From Candidatus Poribacteria bacterium (GTDB lineage: Bacteria > Poribacteria > WGA-4E > UBA9662): DNA of 64,000 bases. The notes beneath the pieces were generated by a model. It had not been told where the DNA came from and ran no database searches. It worked only from the letters and a program-made list of their open reading frames with translations. The stretch spans positions 1 through 64,000 of the forward strand of contig JAYZAL010000006.1 in NCBI GenBank assembly GCA_036339735.1, read 5' to 3'. Both the position numbers and the translations under genes were made by a program. This document shows, piece after piece, positions 19,088-29,745 of this stretch. Every line of letters starts with the position of its first letter. The first letter of the stretch is position 1.

Positions 19088-19852
19088 TCAATATCGAAGC
19101 AGAAAATCATTTTGTTGGGAGATATCTTTCCCTCGCATCAGAAACAAGCTACGCTCAGTCATGCTAAGGCGTCCTGTTCGGCTTGATGGAGGCAGAATTC
19201 TACGATCGTAAACTGATGTCGTTGGCATGAATCGCAGGGTCATTCCCCGGCGCGACTGACTGGAAGTATTAGCCTCGGACCCGTGGGCCAAATATACGTC
19301 ATGAAGAGAAATTTGACCACTTTCTAATACTAGGTCAACGGCTGAGGTCTCATCAAATTCAGAAGCATTAAGCTCCATTGGCAAACTGAGGTTGGGATCG
19401 GAGTTTTGGCTATGCTCTTTGAGTCGTTGATCTTTGTGAGAACCAGGAATCACACGTAAGCACCCGTTATCGGTAGTAGAAGGGTCAATAGCCATCCAGA
19501 CGGTACAGGTAGCCAATGGACGAATTGGCCAGTATTCGCCATCTTGATGCCAAGGCGTTTTTTTCCCTTGGTGAGCAGGCTTAGCAAAAAAACTAGAGTT
19601 CCAGAGAGCAATATTAGAACCAAGTATCTGTTCAACCATATCTAATATTTCAGGTTGCCTTGCATAGTTTAGGAAGCCTAAGTCATAAGCAAGAACAGCT
19701 GGGCAATAATCGATGAATTCTGGATATTGTTCGATAAATCGCTGGTGGTGTTTTTTGATATTCGTGACTGTTTCTGAGGACAAACGAAAATCAGGAATCA
19801 CATATCCGTCTTCTTGGTATTGTTGAGTTTGTTGATCGGTTAGCAAGCTCAC
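19088..19852 (-). CDS. Phytanoyl-CoA dioxygenase (PhyH) family protein
   Basis: FFAKP, TPWHQDGEYW, DNGCLRVIPGSH, HGSEAN, RRG; GTG 19852 after GAGG. Confidence 0.9.
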   Translation of the reverse strand: MSLLTDQQTQQYQEDGYVIPDFRLSSETVTNIKKHHQRFIEQYPEFIDYCPAVLAYDLGFLNYARQPEILDMVEQILGSNIALWNSSFFAKPAHQGKKTPWHQDGEYWPIRPLATCTVWMAIDPSTTDNGCLRVIPGSHKDQRLKEHSQNSDPNLSLPMELNASEFDETSAVDLVLESGQISLHDVYLAHGSEANTSSQSRRGMTLRFMPTTSVYDRRILPPSSRTGRLSMTERSLFLMRGKDISQQNDFLLRY

Positions 19853-20025
19853 ATCCTCACGTAGAGTAGATTTTTGACAAGACACCGTGGCTGGATTCTA
19901 AACCAGAGGATTAATCATGTCAACGTAGGTTAGCTGTCAATCCTGCTGTGCCAGTTTGATTGACAGTTTTGCCTATGCTATTATCATTCAACTACAATAA
20001 AAATATAAACTTGGGATAAAACCAG

Positions 20026-20934
20026 ATGAAGAAGATGAGATTATTTTTTACGACTTTCATTTCCATCTTGATAGTTATGGGTTTTACAGGGTGTAATGTT
20101 GATCAAAAAGCACAACAAACCGGTACTCGCCGTCAGCCAAGAAACGAAATTGATCTACTAGAAAAAATTAAAGAGAGAGGGTCCATCATCGTTTCTACTG
20201 ACCCAAACTACGCTCCACAATCTTACGTCAAAGAGAATGGAGAATTTGCGGGTTTTGACATCGATGTTGCGAGGGAAATCGGTAAAAGACTTGGTGTAAA
20301 AATTGATTTTGTCACGCCAGATTGGGACTTGATAACGGCTGGCAGTTGGAGCGACCGCTGGGATATGAGCGTTGGGTCAGTTGCAGTGACTGAGCAGAGA
20401 AAGGAACGTCTTGACTTTGCTGAACCTGCCTACTACTATACGCTAGCGCAGTTTGCAGCAACCAAAAACTTGGGTTTAAAAGCAATAGATGATATTTCTG
20501 GTCAGAATGTTTGCGTATGTACAGAGACTGTTTACGAATACTGGTTAACCGGTGAGAAAGAACGCCTAGGATTGCCAGAAAATTCCGTTTTCGTTGACCC
20601 GCCAGATAATGTACAAGTTATGCCCATGAAAACCGATAATGAATGTGTTCAGTCGATTCAGTCTGGGCGGGAAGAGTTCGCGATTTTTTTATCTTCCCAT
20701 ACAATTGTCGACGCTGCTATTGACAATGGCGTCGCAATCGAAAAAGTGGGAACTCCTGTTTTTGCTGAACATTTAGCTGTTGCTTTTGACAAAAAAAGTT
20801 CAGCTGATAACTCCAGCCTACGACAGAAAGTCAGTCAGATTATTTCTCAAATGCATGAGGATGGAACACTAAGTACCCTATCCAGACAACATTTTGACGG
20901 AAGAGATTATACCAAACAGCCGTCTGGTTCCTAG
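20026..20934 (+). CDS. Polar amino acid ABC transporter substrate-binding lipoprotein
   Basis: Lipobox FTGC; YAPQSY..GEFAGFDIDVAREIGKRLG; MHEDGTL; no permease adjacent. Confidence 0.85.
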   Translation: MKKMRLFFTTFISILIVMGFTGCNVDQKAQQTGTRRQPRNEIDLLEKIKERGSIIVSTDPNYAPQSYVKENGEFAGFDIDVAREIGKRLGVKIDFVTPDWDLITAGSWSDRWDMSVGSVAVTEQRKERLDFAEPAYYYTLAQFAATKNLGLKAIDDISGQNVCVCTETVYEYWLTGEKERLGLPENSVFVDPPDNVQVMPMKTDNECVQSIQSGREEFAIFLSSHTIVDAAIDNGVAIEKVGTPVFAEHLAVAFDKKSSADNSSLRQKVSQIISQMHEDGTLSTLSRQHFDGRDYTKQPSGS

Positions 20935-21095
20935 TAATCACGGTAAATGCGCATTTCATATTCTCCTATGGTTCATCATTAGAGTTCTGTTAGACAAATA
21001 GTAGTTAACTCGACGTTTTTTACAACTGTCAGGTAGCTTACACGTCAATTTCTAAATCACGACAAACATGCGATCAAGTTTAGGTTATTTTACCA

Positions 21096-22559
21096 TTGTC
21101 GAGCTTACTTAATTTTTCAGATTCTCCGTCAAGAGTTGTTATCATCGGTGGTGGTATCACCGGATTAACGACGGCCTATAGGCTTCATCAATTAATCAAA
21201 AAAAATAAGCTTCCAATCGAAGTCAAGTTGCTGGAGGCATCCAAAAAAGTCGGTGGAATTCTCCGCACAGAGAACCGTGACGGTTTTTTGCTAGAACTGG
21301 GGCCTGACGCATTTATATCGACTAAGCCTTGGGCGATAGAACTCTGTCGTGATCTGGACTTAGCCGATCAGCTGATTAAACCGAATCTTGATAATCCCCG
21401 TAGCTTTATTGTGCGTGCAGGTCGGCTTCAACCAGTCCCGGAAGGGTTCTATTTGATGGCTCCAAGTTCGTTATGGCCTTTTTTAGCAAGTCCAATATTT
21501 AGTTGGCGCGGTAAATTACGAATGATGATGGATTTGTTCTTGCCAACCAAGGAGGTGAATATAGACGAGTCGCTGGAAGATTTCGTAGTCCGTCGATTAG
21601 GTAGAGAAGCCTTTGACAGAATAGCACAGCCGATGATCGGGGGCATTTACAGTGCCAATCCGAAAAAATTGAGTCTTCAATCTACTATGCCTCAGTTTCT
21701 ACAGCTAGAACAAAAGTATGGAAGTATTATTCGGGCACTGATGGAAACTATGTCAGAACGGTCAAGTGGTGCTCGATATGGTATTTTTCGTACTTTTCAT
21801 CAAGGTATTCAAGTACTAGTCAATGGGTTATTGAACAAACTGCCAGTAGGAATGGTTGAAACTGGCTCAATGGCCACAAAAATCACTAAGATGATAGGGC
21901 CACAAAAAAGTGATGTTTGGAATATCGAGATAAACAATCAAGGCAAAGATAATCTTATAGCCGATCAGCTTTGCCTTGCGCTACCCGCAACCCAAATGGC
22001 TCAACTTCTAAGTTCTGATGCCCCGAAACTCTCTCAGTTATTGGAATCAGTCTCTTATGTCTCGTCAGCTACTATCAATCTTGCTTTCAGTCGGGCACAA
22101 ATCAAACATCATCTGGGTGGCATGGGATTTGTCGTTCCGGCGATTGAAAATCGTTCAATAACGGCTTGTACTTTCAGCAGCCTCAAGTTTCCATATCGCG
22201 CTCCCGAAGGACAAGTGCTACTCCGAGCCTTTATAGGTGGTGCTCTACAGCAGCACCTACTGGATTATTCCGATAACGACCTACTAAATCTAGTGCTAGC
22301 TGATTTGCAAGATCTGCTCGGAATCAGTGGCCAGCCAATATTATCTCAGATATGCCGATGGCGTGGGGCCAGTCCACAGTATAATTTAGGTCATTTGGAA
22401 AGGATATCTCAGATCAATTTAGCAATATCAAAGATAAAAGGGCTAGAGTTAGCTGGTAACGCATTCCACGGAGTCGGGATTCCAGATTGTGTCAATAGTG
22501 GTAATAAGGCCGCAGAATCAATTTTTAAATCTTTATCATCCGATATGAACAAATCCTAG
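21096..22559 (+). CDS. hemY: Protoporphyrinogen/coproporphyrinogen III oxidase (HemY/CgoX)
   Basis: IIGGGITGL FAD motif, ELGPDAF, RRLGRE, GGIYS, PQYNLGH, GVGIPDCV. Confidence 0.9.
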   Translation: MSSLLNFSDSPSRVVIIGGGITGLTTAYRLHQLIKKNKLPIEVKLLEASKKVGGILRTENRDGFLLELGPDAFISTKPWAIELCRDLDLADQLIKPNLDNPRSFIVRAGRLQPVPEGFYLMAPSSLWPFLASPIFSWRGKLRMMMDLFLPTKEVNIDESLEDFVVRRLGREAFDRIAQPMIGGIYSANPKKLSLQSTMPQFLQLEQKYGSIIRALMETMSERSSGARYGIFRTFHQGIQVLVNGLLNKLPVGMVETGSMATKITKMIGPQKSDVWNIEINNQGKDNLIADQLCLALPATQMAQLLSSDAPKLSQLLESVSYVSSATINLAFSRAQIKHHLGGMGFVVPAIENRSITACTFSSLKFPYRAPEGQVLLRAFIGGALQQHLLDYSDNDLLNLVLADLQDLLGISGQPILSQICRWRGASPQYNLGHLERISQINLAISKIKGLELAGNAFHGVGIPDCVNSGNKAAESIFKSLSSDMNKS

Positions 22560-22571
22560 TAACCCAAATAA

Positions 22572-23540
22572 ATGCAGAACACTCTGCTAGTATTTACATT
22601 CGGATTTCTTCTTTTACTGTTTTCAAGTGGTTGCCAGCCACCACCTGGTTTGGCTGACATGGAAAGTTCTTTTCAAACAGGAGATTGCCAAAGTTGCCAC
22701 TCAACTATCTGGAAAGAGTGGGCACGCTCTCTACATGCAAAATCTTGGACTAACCCAATTTATCAGCAGATGGCCAAAGATTTTCCCAACCGAGTTGAAA
22801 CCTGTGACCCTTGTCATTCACCGAAGCCAATCTTGGTTACCGGGTTAGGTAAAATGCCTCAGTTAAGACAAGAAAGGAAAGACTCAGGCGTTAACTGTTT
22901 AACTTGTCATGTTGATAGCAAGGGTGCTATGCATGGGCCGAAAGGCTTTCAATCGGCAGACTTTCACTTAAATGTAGAAGACCCAAACTATGCTCAAAAT
23001 CCAACTCAATTATGTGCAAGCTGTCACGGACAACCAAGTGTCACTGCCCACCAACAGATCGTTGATTGGCATGTCAATGAAAAGAAAAATCAAAACTGTA
23101 CCAGCTGTCACATGCCCTCAGTTGAACGACTTCACAGTAACCAAAGTCATGAACCTAAGCAGGGACGCAAACACACTTGGGAAGGAAGCCGTAGTTTATC
23201 GATGCTGAAACGGTCTGCCAAATTATCCATCCATCGTACAGGGCAAAATGTCAGGGTGACAATAGTTAATAAAACAGGTCATCAACTACCTGGTGATGGT
23301 TTGAGAGCTGTAATTCTAGAAGTTACCTTTGGCTCAGAAATTAGGCAATATATTTTTTCCGCGGAGATTGCGCCTGATGGTTTAGGTCTTAGCTCTGATA
23401 ATCGATTGAAGTTGAAGCAGATCAGAGATTTTCATTTTAGAATTCCCATTAATCAATCCGTGAAGGCCAAACTATTTTACCGCTTATTACCAGATCAAGA
23501 TAAAACTAAGTGGATTCCGATGATTATAGTAAATGGTTAA
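22572..23540 (+). CDS. Multiheme c-type cytochrome lipoprotein (five CxxCH)
   Basis: Lipobox SSGC; CQSCH, CDPCH, CLTCH, CASCH, CTSCH; c554-like W..S.HA; GH.LP. Confidence 0.85.
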   Translation: MQNTLLVFTFGFLLLLFSSGCQPPPGLADMESSFQTGDCQSCHSTIWKEWARSLHAKSWTNPIYQQMAKDFPNRVETCDPCHSPKPILVTGLGKMPQLRQERKDSGVNCLTCHVDSKGAMHGPKGFQSADFHLNVEDPNYAQNPTQLCASCHGQPSVTAHQQIVDWHVNEKKNQNCTSCHMPSVERLHSNQSHEPKQGRKHTWEGSRSLSMLKRSAKLSIHRTGQNVRVTIVNKTGHQLPGDGLRAVILEVTFGSEIRQYIFSAEIAPDGLGLSSDNRLKLKQIRDFHFRIPINQSVKAKLFYRLLPDQDKTKWIPMIIVNG

Positions 23541-23980
23541 GCTATTTTTACCATTCAATCCAACTATTAGATTAGTTTGAATTAGTCGATTTATCTAAAT
23601 AGAATTCAAAATCTGTATTTTTTATTCAGGACCATTCATTGACTTTGTATTTTTGAATTATCAACTCGACCCGAGCCAGGGTTAGTGGTTCTTGTTAGAC
23701 TACACTATTCCAAACTTGGTTAATACCTCCTAAGGATAAGATGCAACAGTATATTCGTGATATTTCTTCACCGATCAGATGATTAGTAAGCTAACTTCAA
23801 ATAGTGCTAAATGTCTTCAGCAAAATAAATTTAGGGCAAATGTAAATTGCGTTAGAGTAGATATTTATTTCCTACTTCCTTTCCTAAAAAACCTAATGTG
23901 TGCTAAACTCAGCAGACTGTGTTCTTTATAATCAAGAAACGAATCTTATTTTTACTGGATAAAATTGGAGAAATAGGGAA

Positions 23981-25120
23981 ATGGATTTTTCAGTACAGCT
24001 GTTAGTAGGACTATCATTACTAATGATATTCAGTTTGGTCAATAGCATCCAAGCTGACCATCACCAGACGGAAAAGACAGAGTGGGGAACAGTAGATGGT
24101 CAACAAGTTTACCTTTTTACTCTGAAAAATAAGAACGGCATAGTTGCGAAAATTACTAATTATGGGGCCTTATTGACCGAATTACATTTGCCTGACCGAG
24201 ATGGCAAGCTTGCTGATATCGTACTCGGATTTGACAATCTACAAGACTATCTTAGTGGGCATCCCTACTTTGGTGCTACAGTTGGTAGAGTAGCAAACCG
24301 AATTGCAAAAGGCAAATTTCGCCTAGATGGCAAAGAATATACATTAGCAACTAATAACGCCCCGAACCATTTGCACGGCGGTGAAAAAGGGTTCGACAAG
24401 CAGGTTTGGTCGGTTAAAAGTGCCAATCATCATCGGCTCGAGATGACCTACACTAGCGCCGATGGTGAAGAAGGATATCCAGGTCAGCTAGTCACAACAG
24501 TTGTTTATTCTTTAGCCGATGATGATACTTTACGCATTGACATGTCGGCTTCGGCTCAAGCTCCAACTATCGTTAATATCGTTAACCACTCGTACTGGAA
24601 TCTCGCCGGTCATGATTCTGGGAATATTCTCGACCATCAACTGCAACTCAACGCCCAGTCTTACACACCAGTTGATCAAACATTCATTCCGACTGGTATT
24701 ATCGACCCCGTAAAAAATACTCCATTTGACTTTACCCAGTCAAAAAAAATCGGTCAAGATATTCAACAATTACCAGGAAATGGCAAGGATGACCCGGGTG
24801 GGTATGATATTAACTTTGTTTTAGCGGGTAAGTTAGGCGAAATGAAATTAGCGGCCAAAGTTAAGGATACAGGTTCGGGGCGTGTGATGGAAGTTCACAC
24901 TACAGATCCTGGCGTCCAGTTTTATACCGGCAACTTTTTAGACGGATCAACTAAGGGTAAAAATGGTGCCACTTACCAGAAGCACGCCGCGTTTTGCTTA
25001 GAAACTCAAAAATACCCTGACTCAATTAATAAAGAAGGTAAAGAAGGATGGCATTCTGTCATTCTCCGACCTTCAGGTAACTATGTACACACTGACTTGT
25101 ACAAGTTCTACACAGAGTAA
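23981..25120 (+). CDS. galM: Aldose 1-epimerase (galactose mutarotase) with signal peptide
   Basis: GRVANRI, NHLHGG, GEEGYPG, NHSYWNL, GVQFYTGN, FCLETQ. Confidence 0.9.
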   Translation: MDFSVQLLVGLSLLMIFSLVNSIQADHHQTEKTEWGTVDGQQVYLFTLKNKNGIVAKITNYGALLTELHLPDRDGKLADIVLGFDNLQDYLSGHPYFGATVGRVANRIAKGKFRLDGKEYTLATNNAPNHLHGGEKGFDKQVWSVKSANHHRLEMTYTSADGEEGYPGQLVTTVVYSLADDDTLRIDMSASAQAPTIVNIVNHSYWNLAGHDSGNILDHQLQLNAQSYTPVDQTFIPTGIIDPVKNTPFDFTQSKKIGQDIQQLPGNGKDDPGGYDINFVLAGKLGEMKLAAKVKDTGSGRVMEVHTTDPGVQFYTGNFLDGSTKGKNGATYQKHAAFCLETQKYPDSINKEGKEGWHSVILRPSGNYVHTDLYKFYTE

Positions 25121-25188
25121 ATTTATACTACGATCCCTACTAAAGTAGTATCTCAAACACTAGTGGTATAAATCAGGGGCAGAAGAAA

Positions 25189-28185
25189 ATGCGAGGAGAT
25201 CAAGCCTTTAGGTATATCAGTAAACAATTCACGTATCTTTTGGTTGGATTTTTGTTAACATCTGGATTTGCAAGAAATAGTAATTCAGAAACTGGTTACT
25301 GGGCCTATCAACCCGTTGAACTCCCAGCACTACCAGCTGTTAAAAATTCGGACTGGATCAAAAATCCAATTGACGCCTTTATACTCAGCCGGTTAGAAAA
25401 GGCTAATTTGTCACCGGCAAAACCGGCCAGTAAGCAAGCGATTATTCGGCGTGTTTATTACGATCTGACGGGCTTACCCCCCTCACCAGAAGCTGTAGAA
25501 AATTTCCTTGATACCTCCGATCCCCAAGCGTATGAAAAATTGATAGACCAGCTACTGGGCTCTGAACAGTATGGAGAAAAGTGGGGGCGACATTGGCTAG
25601 ATTTAGTGCGTTATGCCGAAACGAACGGATATGAGCGAGATAGTAATAAACCCTTCGCTTGGCGCTATCGCGACTACGTCGTAGAATCGTTTAATAAAGA
25701 TAAACCTTATAATCAGTTCATTCGAGAGCAATTAGCTGGTGATTTACTTGATCAGCCAACTGCTGAAACCATTACAGCTACTGGATTTTATCGGCTAGGT
25801 ATCTGGGATGATGAACCTGCTGATCGGCGGTTAGCCCGTTACGATTATTTGGATGATATCGTTTCAACCACTGGCCAAGTGATGCTAGGAATACCAATGG
25901 GTTGCGTACGATGCCATGATCATAAGGCTGATCCTATCTCTATCAAAGACTATTACAGCTTTTTGGCCTTCTTTCATGATATAGCCCCACATAGGAATTC
26001 ATCTTTAGCTGATATAGGTACACCAGAACAAAAACAAATTCACAAAGCTAAAGTAGAAGAGAAAAAACTCGCCCAAGAAAAATTACAGGATCAAATCTTT
26101 AAACATGAAGAAGAGATAAAGCAGATTTTTGCTCCCAATAAATCTGGTATAGATTCAACTCAAACGGATTTAGTTAATTTAGAATACCGCTTTTTTCGTC
26201 ATACTTGGGATGTATTACCAAAAGACTTTGATCAGTTAAAGCCTGAGACTCAAGGTGAAATCGCAACTAATCGCTTTTCGCTTCGTCCCGCGAGTAGACA
26301 AAAAGCAATCGGCTTGGTATTTGAAGGTCAACTACGTGTCCCAACAAACGGAAAGTACACTTTCCACCTCGATAGCATTGGAGGTTCAAGACTGTGGGTT
26401 GATGGTAAAAAGGTGGCTGAATTGGAAACTTCCAAAGGTGGGTATCACCAAGGAACGATTAGCCTGAATTCAGGCTATGTAACAATTCGGCTAGATTATT
26501 TTAACCGTAATCAAGAATCACCTTATTTGCGAGTCTACTGGTCAGAAACAGACGGTCCCAAAAAGTATTTATCAGACGAGGTTGTTATCTTGCCTGACGC
26601 ACGAAGCCAGAGTCAGATGTGGGCCTATACTTTTGAACAGCCGAATAGTGATTGGTTTAAATCTGAATTTGATCACACTGAGTGGCCCATCGGTGCCAGT
26701 GGTTTCGGTACTGACAGTACACCAAATGCTGTGGTACGAACAAAATGGAATACCTCAGCAATTTGGATGAGAAAAGAAATCGAATTGGACAAACTGCCGC
26801 AACAAATTGAATTAAACATTCACCACGATGAAGAAGCACAAGTTTACATCAATGGCACAAAAATCTTACATCGTCGTGGATATGTAACCCACTACCAGAG
26901 GCAACTGTTAAAATCAAATCAGCGTTCGCCATTTCGAGTTGGTAATAATATCATTGCAGTACATTGTTCACAAACCGGTGGAGGTCAGTATATAGACGTC
27001 GGGTTGGTTGCCAAACCAATTCACGTAAAGTTCGATGACCTACTGCGAAAATACGCAAAAGAGATAGAGAGAGACAATGACCTTCAAAAAAAAGTTGAAG
27101 CATATCATCAAGTTCGAAAAAAGCGAGACGATATGCGAAAGAATAACATTCCTTATCCGCACATGGCCTTAGCTGTTGAAGATAAGGGCGTTTCCGAAGT
27201 TCATATCTTACGAAGAGGTAATCCACAACTGATTGGCGATCAGGTTACACCTGCAGTACCTGCTATTTTGAAAAGGGGTAAAGATATTGAAATTGAACAT
27301 CCCTCAACCAAACGACGGGTAATTGCGGACTGGATTGCTAGTTCCGAAAACCCACTAACAGCCAGAGTTATCGTTAACCGGATCTGGCAACATCATTTCG
27401 GTCGCGGTCTAGTGAGATCAAGTAATGATTTTGGCCAGTTTGGGCAAAAGCCAACTCACCCCCAACTCCTAGATTGGCTGTCACATCAATTGGTTCTTAA
27501 CCAATGGAAACTGAAATCTTTACACAGGATCATCATGACATCAAATGCTTATAAGATGTCAGCACAAGGAAACGAACATGCGATGATATCCGATCCACTC
27601 AACGATCTTTTTTGGCGTTTTGATATGCGTCGCTTGTCGGCTGAAGAAATTCGTGACTCAGTATTATCAGTAGCAGGTAATTTGAATCTTAAGCAGGGAG
27701 GGCCAAGTGTTTTTCCAGAATTGCCCGAAGAAGTACTGGCAACTTCGTCACAACCGAATCGGGTTTGGGGATATTCGCCACCAGAAGAAGCTAACCGACG
27801 TAGTATATATGTCAAAGTCAAAAGATCATTACTAGTTCCGATTCTTAACCAATTTGATATGGCTGATACTGATTCAACATGTGCAGTTCGATTTGTAACC
27901 ACTGTTCCCACACAATCGCTGACAATGTTGAATGGAAAATTCATTAATCAACAAGCCCAAGACTTTGCTCGAAGGATTCGCAAATACGGTGGTTCAACTC
28001 TAAATCAGCAGTTGAAGTATGGTCTAGAACTTGTATTATCTCGTCAACCGAGTAATGAGGAAATTTACTGGGCCAATGATTTTATTGATACCTTAGTAAA
28101 TGATGAACAAGTCCAACTAGACATTGCATTAGACAGATTCGCATTGTTAGCTCTGAATCTAAACGAATTTATTTTTCTCGACTGA
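25189..28185 (+). CDS. DUF1549/DUF1553 (PSCyt2/PSD1) protein with inserted PA14-like and galactose-binding-like domains
   Basis: HWLDLVRYAETNG, CVRCHDHK, NPLTARVIVNRIWQHHFGRG, PTHPQLLDWL, RRLSAEEIRDS; central FEGQLRVPTNGKYTF...SRLWVDG (PA14) and HDEEAQVYING...NIIAVH. Confidence 0.85.
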   Translation: MRGDQAFRYISKQFTYLLVGFLLTSGFARNSNSETGYWAYQPVELPALPAVKNSDWIKNPIDAFILSRLEKANLSPAKPASKQAIIRRVYYDLTGLPPSPEAVENFLDTSDPQAYEKLIDQLLGSEQYGEKWGRHWLDLVRYAETNGYERDSNKPFAWRYRDYVVESFNKDKPYNQFIREQLAGDLLDQPTAETITATGFYRLGIWDDEPADRRLARYDYLDDIVSTTGQVMLGIPMGCVRCHDHKADPISIKDYYSFLAFFHDIAPHRNSSLADIGTPEQKQIHKAKVEEKKLAQEKLQDQIFKHEEEIKQIFAPNKSGIDSTQTDLVNLEYRFFRHTWDVLPKDFDQLKPETQGEIATNRFSLRPASRQKAIGLVFEGQLRVPTNGKYTFHLDSIGGSRLWVDGKKVAELETSKGGYHQGTISLNSGYVTIRLDYFNRNQESPYLRVYWSETDGPKKYLSDEVVILPDARSQSQMWAYTFEQPNSDWFKSEFDHTEWPIGASGFGTDSTPNAVVRTKWNTSAIWMRKEIELDKLPQQIELNIHHDEEAQVYINGTKILHRRGYVTHYQRQLLKSNQRSPFRVGNNIIAVHCSQTGGGQYIDVGLVAKPIHVKFDDLLRKYAKEIERDNDLQKKVEAYHQVRKKRDDMRKNNIPYPHMALAVEDKGVSEVHILRRGNPQLIGDQVTPAVPAILKRGKDIEIEHPSTKRRVIADWIASSENPLTARVIVNRIWQHHFGRGLVRSSNDFGQFGQKPTHPQLLDWLSHQLVLNQWKLKSLHRIIMTSNAYKMSAQGNEHAMISDPLNDLFWRFDMRRLSAEEIRDSVLSVAGNLNLKQGGPSVFPELPEEVLATSSQPNRVWGYSPPEEANRRSIYVKVKRSLLVPILNQFDMADTDSTCAVRFVTTVPTQSLTMLNGKFINQQAQDFARRIRKYGGSTLNQQLKYGLELVLSRQPSNEEIYWANDFIDTLVNDEQVQLDIALDRFALLALNLNEFIFLD

Positions 28186-28211
28186 TCCAAACGGCTTTTG
28201 GAGAATTCATA

Positions 28212-29720
28212 ATGAAAAATTCAGGAAACACAAAAAAATCAACAAAGAAAACACAGTCCCCAGTTAATGGCAACTTTTGCGGAAGAACAAGGCGTGAATT
28301 CCTTCATACCCTTGGTGGTGGTTTTACTTCGTTAGCTTTGACAGGCTTATTATCATGGGATGGCTTTCTTAATAATCAGGCTATTGCATCCGATGGTATT
28401 AGTCGATATAGTAACCCGCTTGCTCCGAAAGACCCTCATCATACGCCAAAAGCTAAACGAGTTATTTTTCTCTTTATGTATGGTGGTCCTAGTCATATGG
28501 ACACTTTCGACTATAAACCCAAACTTTACCCTCTAGATGGAAAAACGATCCAAGTCAAAACAAGCGGTCGTGGTGGAGAAAAAAACGAAGGCCGAATTGT
28601 TGGTCCTAAATGGAGCTTTAAACAATATGGTGAATCAGGCCAGTGGGTATCAGAATTATTTCCCCACATATCGACTTGTGTTGATGATATTGCCTTCATT
28701 AAGTCTATGACTGCAGATTCTCCCCGTCATGGTTCGGCAATGCTCATGATGAATTCAGGTCATGTTCTAAGTGGAAGACCTTCTATGGGGTCTTGGGTTA
28801 ACTATGGTCTGGGCAGTGTGAACCAGAATTTGCCCGGGTATGTAGTGATGCTTGATGAAACTGGTGGACCAATCAGTGGAGCAAAAAACTGGACTAGTGG
28901 ATATATGCCGGCAGCTTTCCAAGGTACAGTTTTTCGTTCTGATGGTATACCTATTTGGGATTTAAAACACGTAGACAACATGGATCGTCGCCAGCAAAGG
29001 CACTTGTTAGATACTTTACAGCGATTTAATTCTGGACATTTAGCCGATAGAGTAGACAATTCGGCCTTATCAGCCCGAATCGCAAACTATGAATTAGCCT
29101 ACAAGATGCAAGCTACAGCTCCTGAAGCAGTCGATTTGAAGAAAGAACCAGAGCACATAAAAAACATGTATGGACTTGATCATCCAAGAACATCTAAGTT
29201 TGGTAAAAAGTGTCTGCTAGCTCGCCGATTGGCAGAACGTGGCGTCCGGTTTATTCAAGTCTATTCTGGCGGTCATCACGGGGACAATAATTGGGACGCT
29301 CATGGTGATTTGGTGATTAATCATGAACGTCACTGTGGTGATACCGATAAACCGATTGCAGGGTTGCTTAAAGATCTTAAACAGCGAGGTATGTTGGAAG
29401 AAACATTAGTTATATGGGGCGGAGAATTTGGCCGCCAGCCAACAGCAGAATACGCTAAAGGAACAGGACGAGATCATAATGCTCTTGGCTTTACTATGTG
29501 GATGGCTGGAGGTGGTATCAAAGGAGGGACTAGTGTCGGTGAAACTGACGAACTTGGAAGTGCCGCAGTCGACAAACCATTTCATGTCAAGCACTTACAC
29601 GCGACTGTACTAAATCAGTTGGGGCTCAATCCTAATACATTGTCTTATTTTCATGGTGGGTTAGATCAAAAGCTTGTGGGACCTGAAGGTGCAAGACCCA
29701 TCTATGAAATAATTGCTTAA
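28212..29720 (+). CDS. DUF1501 domain protein (Tat-exported, sulfatase/alkaline-phosphatase-like)
   Basis: TRREFL twin-arginine motif; KAKRVIFLFMYGGPSHMDTFDYKP, LLARRL, WDAH, EFGR.P, GRDH. Confidence 0.9.
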   Translation: MKNSGNTKKSTKKTQSPVNGNFCGRTRREFLHTLGGGFTSLALTGLLSWDGFLNNQAIASDGISRYSNPLAPKDPHHTPKAKRVIFLFMYGGPSHMDTFDYKPKLYPLDGKTIQVKTSGRGGEKNEGRIVGPKWSFKQYGESGQWVSELFPHISTCVDDIAFIKSMTADSPRHGSAMLMMNSGHVLSGRPSMGSWVNYGLGSVNQNLPGYVVMLDETGGPISGAKNWTSGYMPAAFQGTVFRSDGIPIWDLKHVDNMDRRQQRHLLDTLQRFNSGHLADRVDNSALSARIANYELAYKMQATAPEAVDLKKEPEHIKNMYGLDHPRTSKFGKKCLLARRLAERGVRFIQVYSGGHHGDNNWDAHGDLVINHERHCGDTDKPIAGLLKDLKQRGMLEETLVIWGGEFGRQPTAEYAKGTGRDHNALGFTMWMAGGGIKGGTSVGETDELGSAAVDKPFHVKHLHATVLNQLGLNPNTLSYFHGGLDQKLVGPEGARPIYEIIA

Positions 29721-29745
29721 CCCAATACTCCACAAGGAATTTAAG

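Noticed and set aside
23541-23980. Long intergenic region with a minus-strand AGGAGGT
   Set aside because: No convincing start or ORF, and no RNA structure recognised
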